Positions 10,650 through 23,500 of a stretch of DNA of 64,000 nt are shown one piece after another. The stretch covers positions 1 through 64,000 of the forward strand of contig QPMI01000563.1 in NCBI GenBank assembly GCA_004431415.1, given 5' to 3'. Made by a program: the position numbers and the translations under genes. This DNA is from Cyanophora paradoxa CCMP329 (taxonomy: Eukaryota; Plantae; Glaucophyta). The notes below the pieces were generated by a model, which was given only the letters and a program-made list of their open reading frames with translations, was not told the DNA's origin and ran no database searches. Numbering within the stretch: the first letter of the stretch is position 1; each line of letters starts with the position of its first letter.

Positions 10650-13600
10650 TCATCGGAAGAAGCGAAAAAGAGCCGGGGCCGGCCTGGGGCGGGGCGGCGG
10701 GGCGCAATCAGTTGCCGCGGCCCCCGCGTGCGCGTGGGAAGAGGGCGCGGAGCCGCCCTCCGAGGCGGGGGAGAGGCCTAGGGCGGGGGAGGGGACGGGG
10801 GAGGGGGGGCCGGAGCAGGCGGCGAGGGCGGCGCGGGCGGCGAGGACGCGCGGGTGGTCCCCCGGGAAGGTCCCCGGGAAGCGCCCATACTCCTGCGCGG
10901 CGGCCGCCCGAGCGTCGGGCCGGGCCGGGGCGGGCCGGGGGCCGGGGGCGGGGGCACCTTGAGGGCCTCGCGGAGCGTCGAGGCGGCGCGGCGCGCGTCC
11001 CCGAGGCGGGCGTAGTCCCCAGCGAGGGAGTACTGCAGTTGCAGTCATGAGGCAGTGGTATCGACTTGGTTCGTGGAAACGAGCCAAGGTACCAGCATGT
11101 GGGCGAGGACAGGGGTCTGGCCGCTGCGGCGAGGGGCGCGTGAGGAAGGGGCGAGGAGAGGGGGCCCGGGGCGGGGCGGGGGGCGCCTCCAGTCGAGGGC
11201 GCGCTGGAGGAGGACGGCGAGGCGGAAGCCGGAGGCCATCGCCCTGTGCGCCCCCGGGGTCGCCCTGAAGGCGTTGCGCACGTCGAGGAGGGGGCTGGCG
11301 AAGAGCAGCTCGGCGCCCTCCCGGATCACCCGCAGCGTCCGCCGGTAGAGGCGGATGAAGTCCACGTAGCGCCCTGCGGTGGCGAGAGGGCGGGAGAGCG
11401 CGCCCCGCCGAGTCGTTCCAGCTCGCCGCCCCCGATGCCTCGGCTTCGGGCGGCCCAGGCGCAGCACGCACCTCGGTGCAGGGCGATGGTGCCGGCGTAG
11501 CCCTGCGCTGGCGCCGCTGAGGCGCGGCGGGGGCGAGGGGGCGGAGGGGCCCGGCCGGGGGCGGCGGGGCCGCACGAGGCGCATGAAGGCGAAGTTGGGG
11601 ACGTCCGCCTCCTCCTGCGCCGCCCCCGCTCGCCCCGCGGAAGGAGCGGCGCCGAGCCGGCGGCGCAGGGGCGGCGGCAGCGCACGGGGTCCATCTGCTG
11701 CTCGAAGAGGTGCGAGAAGGCGGGGAGGAGGCCGACGGCAACCTGCCAGTCCTTCCTGTTGAGGGCCACCCGCGCTGCCCGATGCCGAGCGCCCCGCCCC
11801 TCAGAGGGGGCCCCGCGAGGCGGCAAAGCCAGGGCGCGGGGGCACCGATGGAGTCTATGGAGCCGAACTTGATGCGCCAATCGGCGCCGGCGAGCCGCCC
11901 TTCCTGCTCGAACCTGCCCGCCCGCGGGGGCGCCCGTGAGGCCCCCCCCGCCCCCGCACCCGAGAGTGCAGCGCCGCCGCGGGGAGGGTACCAGTAGCAG
12001 CACGCCGCCGTCTCCGCCGCCCGCTCGGTCTGGTTGCGGCGCGCGAGGCTCATGGTGATGCAGCGGATCGCCCGGCACTCGGCCCTGCACGGCGAGAGGC
12101 CTCGCCTCTTGACGAGCTCCCACGCCGAGTAGAGCACCCTGCACGCCTCCTCGTCCTGCGGCGCGCCGTGAGCGCGGGGGCCGGCGGGGGGCGCGGGGGG
12201 GCGGGGGGCGCCTCGAGGTTCTGGAGCAGGCGGAGGCCGAGGAAGGAGAGGGCCTGCCTCGGGGTGAGGGGCGCCGGGCGGGGCGGGGCGGGGCGGGGCG
12301 GGGCGGGGCGGGCCTCGGCGTAGGGCCCCGGGGTCTCCTCGCTGAGGGGCTCGAGGAAGGCGGCGGCGAGGCGGGCGAGCTGCACGAGCTGCGGCACGGG
12401 CACGAGCGCCAGGTCCAGCGCCACGCCCGTCGTCGGCGGCGTCACCGCGTCCGCCAGCTCCCAGCTCCGCTCGCACGCCGCCACCAGCTTCTCCCTGCCC
12501 CCGCCCGCGTCGGGACCGCCCGCGAGGGGCGGGAGCGGCGGGTCCCGTACGGCGCGAAGCGCGAGAAGAACATGATCCTGCGGAGGGGCGCGGAGGGGCG
12601 TCGGCGGGAGCGCGGGGCCAGCACGGGGGTCGCCGCACCCGTTGACAGCGGAGCTCACAAGGCCGCCGAGCGCGCTCTGCTCCGGGGCGACCGAGCGCGC
12701 CGCGGCCCGCAGCAGCAGCGCCGCCCGCCGCAGGTCGCGCTGCCCCGACGGCGCCGACACGAACCGCGAGTCCAGCGCCGGCCCCGACGCTGCGCGCGCG
12801 CGCGGGTCAGCGGCGGCGGTCGGGCCCCGTCCCGGCGTCGGCGGCGTGGCGGGGCGCACCGAAGGCGCGGAGGAAGGCGGCGGCGGTGTCGGGCGAGGGC
12901 GCCGCGGCGAGCGCCCGCAGCGCGGCGCCGGCGCGCTCCTCGAACGCCGCCCGCGCCGCGTCGCTCTCGAAGACGAAGTCCTGCTCCCGCCGCCCCGCCA
13001 GAGCCGCGTCGGGGCCGGCCTCGGCGGCGGCGAGCAGCGCGGGCGGCGGCGGCGGCGCCGGGGCGTCGTCGACGTCGCCGGCGCTGCCGTCCGCGGCGGC
13101 GTCGATGCGCCGGAGGAGGCTCTCGCTCTCCTCCAGGCCCGGCACCACCCGCCGCACCCGCCGCGCCGGCCGCTCCCCTTCCCCCGCCCCCGCCCCCGCC
13201 GCCTCGCCCTCCCGCGCGCCGATCACGAGCGACTCGAGGCCCGAGATGACCGCGGGGTCAAGAAAGGCTGCGCGGGGCCAGTGAGGCTTGTCAGCGTGGC
13301 GTGCCGGCGGGCGGCGGCGAGGGGCGGACAGTAGCTGGGTTGCTCATGGTCCGCGCCGTGCAGGCGCTGCTGTCGCTCGGCCATACGAGCTGCGAGCTCG
13401 AGCGGCGACACGGCGTCTCCCGCCGTCTGCCTGCTGGGCCAGGCATGCCGGGAGACGGGCGCAGCGTCGGGCCCCGGCTGCTGCCTGCCGCTGGGCTCCC
13501 GCTGGTGCCAGGACGCCACCGACTGGACATGCGCAGCGACGGAGGGCGGCGCAGGCGGCTGCCCCGGAAGCGACGAGGCTGCGGCGTGCATGACGACGCC

Positions 13601-14555
13601 CGGAGGGCCCAAAACGACCGCAGACGGCTGCGAGTTCAGCGGCGAGGCCTCCACCTCCGCCTTCACCGCCTCGAGCTCGCCCCGCGGGACGAAGACGATG
13701 CGAGCGTCCGTGAGCGGCGCGCCGGTGTCCGCCCGCCTCGCGAGCAGCTCCACCGCCTGCTCCGCATCCTGCCCCCGCGCGCCGGCGCCGTCAGGAGACA
13801 CCGCGCGGGGCACGGGCGGAGGACGCGCCTGAGCGGCCTCCGAGAAGCTGCCGCGGCGCGGCCCTGTCAGCGAAATCCGGGGGGGGGGGGGGGGGGGGGT
13901 GCAGGGCACCTGAAGGGGCCGACGGTGCCATCCGCGCCGACCACCAGGTACACCGTCCACTCGGAAGACTGCCGCCGCGGCGCTGAGCGCTGCGCGGGCG
14001 GACGCGGCAGCGGCGCGCGCACCTGGACGGCGATGCTGGGCGGGCCCACCTTGTTCGCCGTGAGCAGGACGCCCGTGCCGGCCAGCGTCGCCGCATCCGG
14101 GAAGCGGAGCCTGCCGCGGCAAAGGCGGAGATCAGCGAGAGATGAAAGGAGCCGCCTTGGGCGCAGCGCGGCCGGCCGGCGCACCAGTGCAGCTGGTGGA
14201 CGGCTGTGTCGAAGACGAGCGCTGGGGCGGGCCCTCGCGCGGCCTCCCGCGCCTCCAGCTTCTCGAAGACGGCGGTCTGTCGCGCGTATGTGGCTAATCA
14301 AGAACGGTGTACATGTGACTCGTCGAGCTCGCGGCGCCGGCGCTGACCTGGTCTGCTACATGTAAAGGGGGTTCCTGCCCCAACTGCAACTGCAACCCGC
14401 CCCTGCAGAGACATTACTTACAAGCGCGATCAACGAGAAAGTAGCGTAGCGCTGTAGCTGTAATGTGCGCACGCAATCCGGTGCCCGCTACGAAAGCGCA
14501 AAACCTCGAGCTCTACTGCATGCGAATGTAGTTGCACGGCGGCGACCGCGTTCAT
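10650..14555 (-). CDS. Multi-exon protein with a helical/TPR-like C-terminus (paralog A)
   Basis: Spliced frame from ATG 14555 (MNAVAAVQLHSHAVELEV...) to the stop at 10650; C-terminus LAHMLYSLAGDYARLGDARRAASTLREALKEYGRFPGTFPGDHPRV has a TPR-like pattern; near-identical inverted copy at 28.1-31.6 kb. Confidence 0.75.
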
Positions 14556-14874
14556 AGGTCGCGCCAGTACTACGACTCGCTATAGCTAGCGGGTTGTTTG
14601 CATGACAAGAGCTGCAGCCTGCAGCAGGGAAGACCCTCGCGCCGCAGGTCAAGAACAAGACGCCGTGCACTGGGCCGCCACGGGCGTACCCCGCCGCCGG
14701 AGCTTCAGACTCAGCTTCTCAGCATCGGGTCAGCTTCGGGCTTCAAGCGCCGTGAACACGCGTGCTAGACGCAGCAGAGCTCACCATGCTATCGCCCATC
14801 TAGAGCGTCAGCTGAGGCGGCCACGGCCAGGGAAGTCAGCGATCAAATTACGCGACAGTCGTTGCGGCGCTAAG

Positions 14875-17800
14875 ATGGACATCACTATAGAGGAATGCCT
14901 TCTCAACGCGGTGTCCCACGTGTTGGCGGACCAGGCGGAAGAAGCGTCGTACGCGTGCCCTTTCCTTATCGCCCACGGCCGGGTCGGTGCCTCGTTTGTT
15001 ACAGCCTCCGCTGCCGTCCGCTATAGCTAATCCCGTTCCTTTCCAGTTTCCGCGCCAGTCACAGCCGCCCCTCGTCCCGCGCTCCACGACCCCGTGCGCA
15101 GCGCCTCGCCGCCGCATGAGAACAGGCGTTAACGTTCGCTCTGAAATCCGCACAGGCAATTCGACTACGTGCTGTACACGTTCCAGCGATACCGCTTCGT
15201 GCTGCCCCTGCACTCGCCCGAGATGCAGAAGTGGGAAGGCGTCGCCTTTCGCATCCGCGCCGTCTTCGCAGGTGCCTTTTCGTCTTTATCTTTTGGGTCT
15301 CGCGCCCGGCCGCCCGCGCGCCCTCTGAACGCGCATTCCTCCCCTGTCCACCTCCCCCGCCTTCCCCCCCTTCCTCCTCCCCCCCCCCCCTCCCCACCCC
15401 TCTCCTGCGCGCAGACACGGGCGAGGACGTGCAGGGAACGCTGCTGACGTACCCGTCGAACAAGAAGACCACGCGGCGGGGCGTGCTCGCCCCCTCCCTC
15501 TCGTTCACGATTAACCGCGAGGGGTACAGCAACGAGCGCTTCGGGTTCGGTGCGCCATGCTTGGCCTCGGACGCCCCCGTCCCGCTCGCACGCCCCTCCC
15601 ACCGATGCGCGCGCCGTCCCAGCCGTCAGCAGCTACTTCTTCAGCAGGAGGGCGTTCAGGTAGCCCTCCCCCCCCCCCCCCCCCCCGGGGCCTGAGCGCC
15701 GTGGCGGTGGAGGCGAGCGAAGGGGGCGCTCTGGCTGACGGGGCGGGGGGCGAGGCTGGTGATCGAGGAGGAGGGGTCGGGGGCGGGGGCGGGGGCGCTG
15801 GTGGTGTACGTGGCCTCGTCGAAGCACGGCGCCTCGCGGGCGGTGGTGTTGCGCGAGGACGGCGACCGCGACGCCAAGCGCCCCCGCTCCGCCGACTCCT
15901 CCGCCTGCACCTCCCCCGGCGACTCCGGCAGCGAGTTCGACCCCGCCGAGTCCGACTCCAGCGGGCCCGAGGCGACCCCGTACCCCCCCACGGCGGCCCC
16001 GCGGGGGCGCCGCGTGGGGGCGGCCCCCGAGGCTCCGGGGGAGCCGACGGGGGCGGACCTGGTGGAGGCGTTCACGCGGCTGAACCCGTTCGCGGGGCGG
16101 GGGCGGGCGGGTAGCCCGACGCTGGCGGAGCTGGAGGCGCAGGCGGGGGGCGCGGTGCGGGAGGAGGACGCCGCCCTCGCCGACGCCTGGATCGCGTGCG
16201 CCCGCCCGCCCCGCCCGCACCCCCGCCCCGCGCCACCCGAGCCCGAGCCCCCGCCCAGCGAGGTCGCCGCCGACATCCGCCGCCTCGCCGCGGTGCGCGG
16301 GCTGCGCGTTCGAGCCGTGCACTCCCGACCGGCCAAACGCAGGCCCCGACGGCGCCGGAGATTCCTGCACCCGCACCGTCCACACCAGCGCCTGGGGCGT
16401 CGAGACCCCGGCGGCCGTGCGCGCCCGCGCCCGAGGCGGCCGTGCCCGCCACTGGGCGACCGGGGGGCGACGCTTTGGGGGCAGCCGTACCGGCACGCGG
16501 GGGAGGCCTCTCGGGCGGCGGCGCTGGTGCGCGTGGCGGCGGCGGACGGGGCGGTGCGGGCGCTGGCGGCGGCGGGCGGCGTGTGGCACCCCGTGGCGGC
16601 CGGGCAACACATCCCCAAGACCCTCGCCGCCGCCTGCGAGGAGCTCGCCGCCGTGCGCCCCCCCCCCCCCCCCCTCCCCCCCCTCCTCCCTTCGCTCTCT
16701 TCGCACGTCTCCTCCCCTCGAGGCGCGCCGCGGGCCCCCCGGCAGGCCCTCTCCGGCCCCTCCCTCTTCGACACGACGCTCTGGACGACGGCGGAGGGCG
16801 CGCGCCCCGCTCGCCCCGCTCAGTGCCCCCGCCCCGCGTTAAGGCCTCCGCGGGGGCGCGCGCAGGGCGCTTCCACGCGCGGCGGCTGCTCGAGGACCTG
16901 CGGCTCTGCGGGCACGCCGCCCTCGTCGCCGCCGTCCTCGCCTCCTGGAAGCACTGCCTCACCGCCCCCGCCGCCGCCGCCCCGACCAACTCCCCGTCCG
17001 CCCGCCCCTTGCCTCTCGCGGCGCGTGGCGCCCTTTCGAGGCATCTCACGCCGCCTTTTCCCGCAGCGGCGACGCGCAGCTGTGTGCCGAGGTGACGGCG
17101 CCGCCCTCCCTCGCACGGCAGCGGCGGGAATCGTAGGGGCGGGGGCGCAGCACATCTGGCGCTGCCTACGGGTGCTGGCGGGGCCTGCGTGCGACGTCTC
17201 GCCCGACCTCCTGCCCGTCGAGCGCTCCTACATCCTCGAGCTCGCCGCCGCCGCCGACTCCCTCCTCGAGCCGTTCAGGGCGCGCCCTCTTCGCGTTCTC
17301 GCGCACCCCCGCCCTCACTCCCCGCCAGGCGGCCGACCCGCTGCTGGATGCGCGGGGGCGGCTGGAGCGGGCGCGGGCGCTGGCGCTGGCGGGGCAGGGC
17401 GAGCGGGCAGGCGAGGCCTACTTCGACGCCTGGTGCGTGACCCCGGCCTCCCGCCCGAGGCCTCGGAGCGGCTCGATGGAGTGGCGGGGCGGCTCAGGGT
17501 GGGGGCGGGGCGGGGCAGGTCGCGGCTGGTGCAGACGGGGACGACGCCCTCGCGCTTCGAGGCGGCGCTCCTCGTCGAGCTCGCCGAGCACCTCGGCGCG
17601 CCGCGCCCCGCCCCGCCCCGCCCACCCACCCACGAGGGGGGCCCCCTCTTAAGGGCCTCCCGCAGCCGGCCTCCCCTCCAAGGCCGACCTCCTCGCCGAC
17701 CTCTCCGCGAAGGCAAGCCGCCGCCTTCGCAAGCCTCTGAACGCTCGTATAAGCTGCACCAGACCGCGCCGCGCGCCCCCGCGGGTGCACGCAGCTCGAC

Positions 17801-18475
17801 CTCGCTGCGCTGAGGGGCGCGGGGGCGCGCAGCTGTACTGGTTCGGGGGGGAGGAGGCGGGGCGGACGGAGGGGGAGCTGGAGGACCGGCGCGTCGAGGC
17901 GGCCGCCATGCGCGCCCTCGGTGCCCCCGCGCCCCGCCCCCGCCGCGCGGCGGGGGGCGAGCTGGGCGGCAGGGCTCGAGGCGCTGGCCGGGGGCGGCGC
18001 GCGAGGCGGCCCGCTTCTTCTTCCGCTCCGCCGAGCTCCTCGAGGGCCTCCCGGGGCCCTTCCGGCGCGCCTCCCTGGCCTCCTCCCGCCAGCCGCCCCG
18101 CCCACCTGACTTCGCCGGTGTACCCCCGCAGGGCGCTGGCGCAGGGGGCCTACCAGCTGCTCCACCACTGCGCCCTCCGCGCCCGCGACCTTCCGTCCCT
18201 CCTCCGCGTGCGCGCCGGCGCGCGGGGCCGGCGAGGGGCGGCTGAGGGGGCGGGGCCGGCGGGCGGCGGCAGGCGTCGCGGGCGCTGGGGGCGGTGCAGG
18301 CGGAGCTGCACGGGCCTCCTTCCCGAGCTCGACCTCGGCGCCGCCTTCGCCAAGTACCTCGAGCGCCCCACCCGCCCCACCCCGCCCTCCCGCCCACCTT
18401 TTACCCTCCCGCTCGCAGGCGCCCCTCGAGGCCGCCGCCGCCCCGACGAGGCCGCCGCCGCGTGCGCCCGGACAG

Positions 18476-18509
<34 letters not shown>

Positions 18510-19228
18510 CCTACCCTCGCGGACGAATCGGGGCCAGGGAGGTGGCGGCGGGGGCGCTGCGCTGGATGCTCCGCTTCTTCCCGGACTTCGTCTTCCGGGG
18601 GAGCCCCGTGCGCGCCCTCCTTGCAGGCCACCTCTGCTTCCACGTGCGTGCAAGCGAAGCGGGTGCGGGGCGCGAGGGAGAGGAGTCGAGCGCGCCGCAC
18701 CGCCCTGCGCGCAGATCGGGGGCGCGTACATGCGGGGCGGGGAGTGGGCCCGCGCCGTCCCCTACTTCGACCGCGCCCTCCGCGCCTACCACCGCTTCCC
18801 CGTGCGCCCGCCCCGCGCCCCAGCCCGGCCCGCCCCCGCCCCCGCCCCGGCTGCCACCGGACCGCTTCAGTCGAACGCCCCGGCAGGCGTACTTCCCGCC
18901 GCACTCGGCGCGTGTCGTGGCGGCTTCGGACACGGCGGAGGGGTGCCGGCGGCGCGTCGCGGCGGCGTGGCAGGCCCTCCTCGCCCCGGCCCCCGAGGTC
19001 GACATCAAGGCAGAGCCCGACGCGGAGTCGGATGGCGGGCTCGAGGCCGAGGCGGACCAGTTGGCGGAGGCGCCGGCGCCGGCGCCGGCGCCGGCGCCGC
19101 CGGCGGCCGTGGGCGAGGCGGCCCCCGCTCCGTCGCCCGCGGCGGAGGGGTCGGGGGAGAGTGCCGGCACCCCCGACTTCGATTTCGACATTTCCACCCC
19201 GCAGGCGCTCTGGAGCACCAGCGAGTAG
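14875..19228 (+). CDS. Multi-exon protein, distant paralog (B) of A/A'; beta-rich N-terminal domain plus TPR-like C-terminus
   Basis: MDITIEECLLNAVSH... start; C-terminus LAGHLCFH/IGGAYMRGGEWARAVPYFDRALRAYHRFP/AYFPPHSARV aligns by eye to the A/A' C-terminus; DLLPVERSYILELAAAADSLLEPF aligns to DLALVPVPQLVQLARLAAAFLEPL. Confidence 0.7.
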
Positions 19229-19779
19229 CAGCTGCAGTTCGATTCACGTCAATTCCGAATTTGACATCGATGTCAAGATCGAAGCCAGGGGGCCCGAGGC
19301 CTGCGCATGCAGCTCGATTCGCGCGCCCCCCGGGCCCTGTGGTTTATAGGACCCAGGGCGATCGCGCGCCTCCCTTCGAATTCATGATCGGGGCCCTCCG
19401 GGGCCCCTCCCTTGTTGGTCATGGTAGCTCGCGATCGTGCCGCCGAGTCGAGCGTAGTCCGGATCCGCATGCGCAGCTAGTACGTGATACGTACCGTTAT
19501 GCATTCAAGATTGCACAGGTGATGCCGTGCGCATGCATGCCATTATCATAGTGTACGTATACATGCGCCTAGAAGCATATGCGCGGCATTGCGCGCGCAC
19601 GTCCGAATTGCAAACTGCAATGGCCCCCAGGCCAGCGGCAGGCAGCGCAGGCTATGAGTCGACGTCATGCATCGGCTTGCACGCGTACGCGTACGTATAC
19701 GCGAGTCGACGCGACCCCGGGACACCGAACAGGCCGAGCCGTCGCGATCGCGCTATCAAAGTAACTGTATAACTAGTTT

Positions 19780-20243
19780 ATATTACTAGCTCTTCGCTTC
19801 ACTACCGGCCCAGGCTGGGAATTTGAAACTCGGAAGGCGGAGGCTGCCACTGGTAAGTTCTGAACACATTTGGGATCATCCGAACTACCGCAGCTGCGAG
19901 CTTGAAGAGGGAAAAAAAAAGGAAAATCCTGCCAGCAAAACTGCCCACCAATGGTGTAATTGTCTGACTGATAGATTCAGTCGAAAAAAACACTGCTTTG
20001 CCAGCTTGCATAGTATTGGGCTTTCGTGTACCCGGTCATGGTGATATATATACAAGTTTGAACACTTGCTCAAGTACCAGTATACCCAGTTGAGTTGAAA
20101 TCGCTTACTACGGCGAGTCCAGTCAAAAAGCTACAGTCTAAAACTCGGGCGACTTGGTGATTGGTCAATTAAAACAAGCAATTCCGATTGGCCAGCTAGC
20201 AAGCGGGGGGGGGTGCGGGGGGGGCGGAGCCCCCCCTGCTTGT
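19780..20243 (+). mobile_element. Possible non-autonomous Helitron-like element
   Basis: AT-richer block ending in the hairpin GGGGGGGCGGAGCCCCCCC followed by CTTG then T; 5' boundary uncertain. Confidence 0.35.
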
Positions 20244-20294
20244 ATATAGGCTATAGCGCGCTGCGAAGCCTGCGATTTGCGCACACCGCATGAT

Positions 20295-20402
20295 TGTAGT
20301 GCGCCAAATAAAATGGCGCGCCATCTTATTTTTATGGCGCACGCTTTTGAGCCATCGCAGAAAAAAATGCGCCGGCCAGCGCAGCCGGAGCTTGCGTTGG
20401 GG
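20295..20402 (+). repeat. Left terminal inverted repeat
   Basis: tgtagtgcgccaaataaaatggcgcgccatcttatt...gcgttgggg is the reverse complement of 27790-27898. Confidence 0.95.
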
Positions 20403-20518
20403 GGGTTACTACGACTCGCAGCGTATGATGCAATAGTACTATACTACTAGGCTAGTAGGTAGTGCGCACAGCAGCAGCCGGCAGACAGCACTGCGGCAGC
20501 GGGCGGGGCGGTCCGCAC

Positions 20519-23500
20519 ATGGCGCCCAAGAAGGCAAAGTGGCCAAGCAAGGGCCTTACTACGACCAAAGGTTCGATACTCTTGAGCTGTGATGCGAAGG
20601 CGCGCACCGGGCGCCGCGCTGATCATGATGCCCGACCGCGCGTGCACCTTGCCCGTGACGCAGCGACGGTGACCATCGAGGTCGAGGGAGGCACGGGATG
20701 GCCTGCGGAGCTCATGAAGGATGCGGAGCGGCAGCTCCGCTTCACGCAATCCGTCGGACCTGCGGGCCTGGACCTGTACTTCTACGATCCGGAGGCGGAC
20801 ACCCTCGATCTGAGGACTGCGTCTCGGAAGCTGCCGAAGCTCAGTCCCGGATGTTTCTTCTACGTCGTGCGGCGGGACATGCAGCCAGCGCACGAGGACG
20901 GCGACAGCAACGCCGACCCCGAACTTGTGAAGCTCATGAAGCGCGGCAAGGCGCAGCAGCCGGTTCAGGCGGCGACTTCGTCGGACTCGGCGCAGCTGAG
21001 TTCGCTCGTGGAGGTGTTGCGCTTGCAGGTCCAGACATCCGTCGGAGCTGCGCTCGCCTCTGCAGGTGAACCTCGAGCAAAGAAGAGGGCGGCGACAGGC
21101 GCGAACTACCTGAAGGAGGACACGGATGGCAAGCGCGGCACTGGGGACTGCAACACGGCACGGGACGTCGTGCGGCTACTGTGGGACGAGCCGATCGAGG
21201 GATCGGGGGGGGAGTACACTCCGGAGACATGCCCGCGAGCCTGGCTGTTTCTGAAGGTGCCGTCCCTTCATTTCAGTTATCGAGCTAGAATTTAAGTTTA
21301 TATCTCGAGCTCACGCTCTCTCGCGGATGCAGAAGTGCGGGGGCGGCACCCGCAAAACGCACGACACGCTGAGCAGACTGCGGCCGCTGCTCACCCATTC
21401 GACAAGAAGGACCTCAGCCACCTTCAATCCCTCACGAGATGCAAGAAAGAGATCTATTTTCATAACATTGAGAACATGTGCGTGCGTTGAAGATGGGGCA
21501 ACGATGCCACGCCCTGATGCGTACACTCCGAACAGACTGTGCATTCTAAGGATGAGGAAAGCGGAGCAGGAGGTGCCGGACGACCACTACAAGCTTGAGG
21601 GCATCTCGCGACCCGGCATTCTGGATGTCGCCGACTTCATCCTAGGGACTCACAAGCTGACGGCGATGGAGGAGAACGTAGCCGGCTGGATGGATGGCAA
21701 GGACAAGGTGGACAGCGGAGAGTGAGCAAGAGTTCCATTATTTCGAGCAACACATACGAAACTGACCGGTGGAAACAATTTACCACGCAGGTACAAGGCG
21801 ACCGGGGCGAAGAGGAAGGCCAATTGCAAGAAGAAGCAGGAAATCGAACATCACGACTCGTGCGAAGGTACGCGACGCTGTTCCAACGCAATCCCAACGC
21901 ATATTTCAACACCTCTCAACGCATACGTTGATTGACATACGATGAATAGTGTTGACGTAATCAACTTCCCTCCGTGTTGGCACAAGGCTCACGCGCACTT
22001 TTGCACTTGCAGAGCCGGCAAGGAAAGTGGCAGAGCAGAAGGGCAAGGCACGCGTCCGCGCCCCCCCGACAGACGAAGGTGCGCAATGTGTACAACGCAT
22101 GCACAACGCATCGAAAACGCAAGCGTTGGTATTGCGTTGGTTGATTGCGTTGCAAAGATACAGCGCAATTTTCGTTGATTCCGTGCCGCAGAGTCCGACG
22201 AGGAGGATGACGTAGAGGACAAGCTCGAGGACGACAACGAGAGCGGGAATGAGGACGAGGACGAGGGCGAGGACGAGGGCGAGGACGAGGACGAGGACGC
22301 AGAGGCGGCAAGCTCGAGGAAGCGCAACCGCAAGGCAGAGACGAAGGGTCAGGAGGCGAAGCAGGAAAAGCAGAAAGCAGGGAAGCGCAAGAAGCAGGAG
22401 AAGGAGATGGAGAAGGAGGCGAAGAAGCCCAAGGCCGCAGCAATGACAGAGAAGGTGCAGTCTTAAAACGCAATCTGTGCCAGTCCCGGGCATAGTGCAG
22501 AGTTTTAATACCGCAGCACAGAAGGAGGCCGAGGCGAAATCGAAGGAGAAGGGCAAGGCGGCGGCAGCGAAGAAGGCCGCAGCAGAAAGCAGGCCGCAAA
22601 AACGGCGGAGCAGGCAGCAGCACAGGAAAAGGTGCAGTGTTGCGCGGCACTCTCTGCGAGCGTTCCGGGCCTGGGAACAGTTTTAATAACGCAGCGCAGA
22701 AGGAGGCCGAGAAGAAAGCGAAGGAGAAGGAGAAGGCGGCGGCAGCAAAGAAGGCTGCAGCCGAGAAGGAGGCCGCGAAAACGAAGGCGCAGGCAGAGGC
22801 TGCCGCGGCAGCACAGGAGAGGGTGCAGTTTTTCGCGTCACTCTGTGCGAGCGCCTGGCATAGGAAAGAGTTCTAATCACGCAGCGCAGAAGGCGGCCGA
22901 GAAGAAGTTGAAGGAGAAGGACAAGGCGGTGGCAGCGGAGAAGCTGGCAGAGGCGCCTGCAGAGAAGAGCCGAAAGAAGAGGAAGGCTGCATATGAGCTG
23001 GCGGCGGAGCCAATAATCCCAAATCCCCGACAGCTGCCGCCCTTCCCAAGCTTCTCAATCCTGGAAAGCAGAGCAGCTTTCGGCAGCTTCGCAGCAAGGC
23101 AGAGCGCGCAAAAGCCAAGTCAGGCGGAGAGAGTCCACTCGCCCCAAGATACTCCTCCCGCCCGGGCCGGTTGGCCTACGTAAACCAGGAAACCGGGTGC
23201 GCACGGGCAGTCCTCGCAAATTATTATACAATCGGTACTGTAATAAATCAGACTGTAATTATACATGTGCAGCTCGAACTCTACAGACGGCGGCTCGATC
23301 CTGGAGCTTTCATCCAAACCCTTTCTCAGGCGAGCATAGCATTGCAACGCATACTCAACGCTTGCGTTGTACATACGTTGATGTAGCGTTGTTGTAAATC
23401 AGAACGGAGAAACCTCTCAGTCTCAGTCGTGCTCAGCACTTCATCCGCGAACAAGAGCACATAAGTGCATACGATGCGAAGTCGTCGTATCTGTGCTTCA

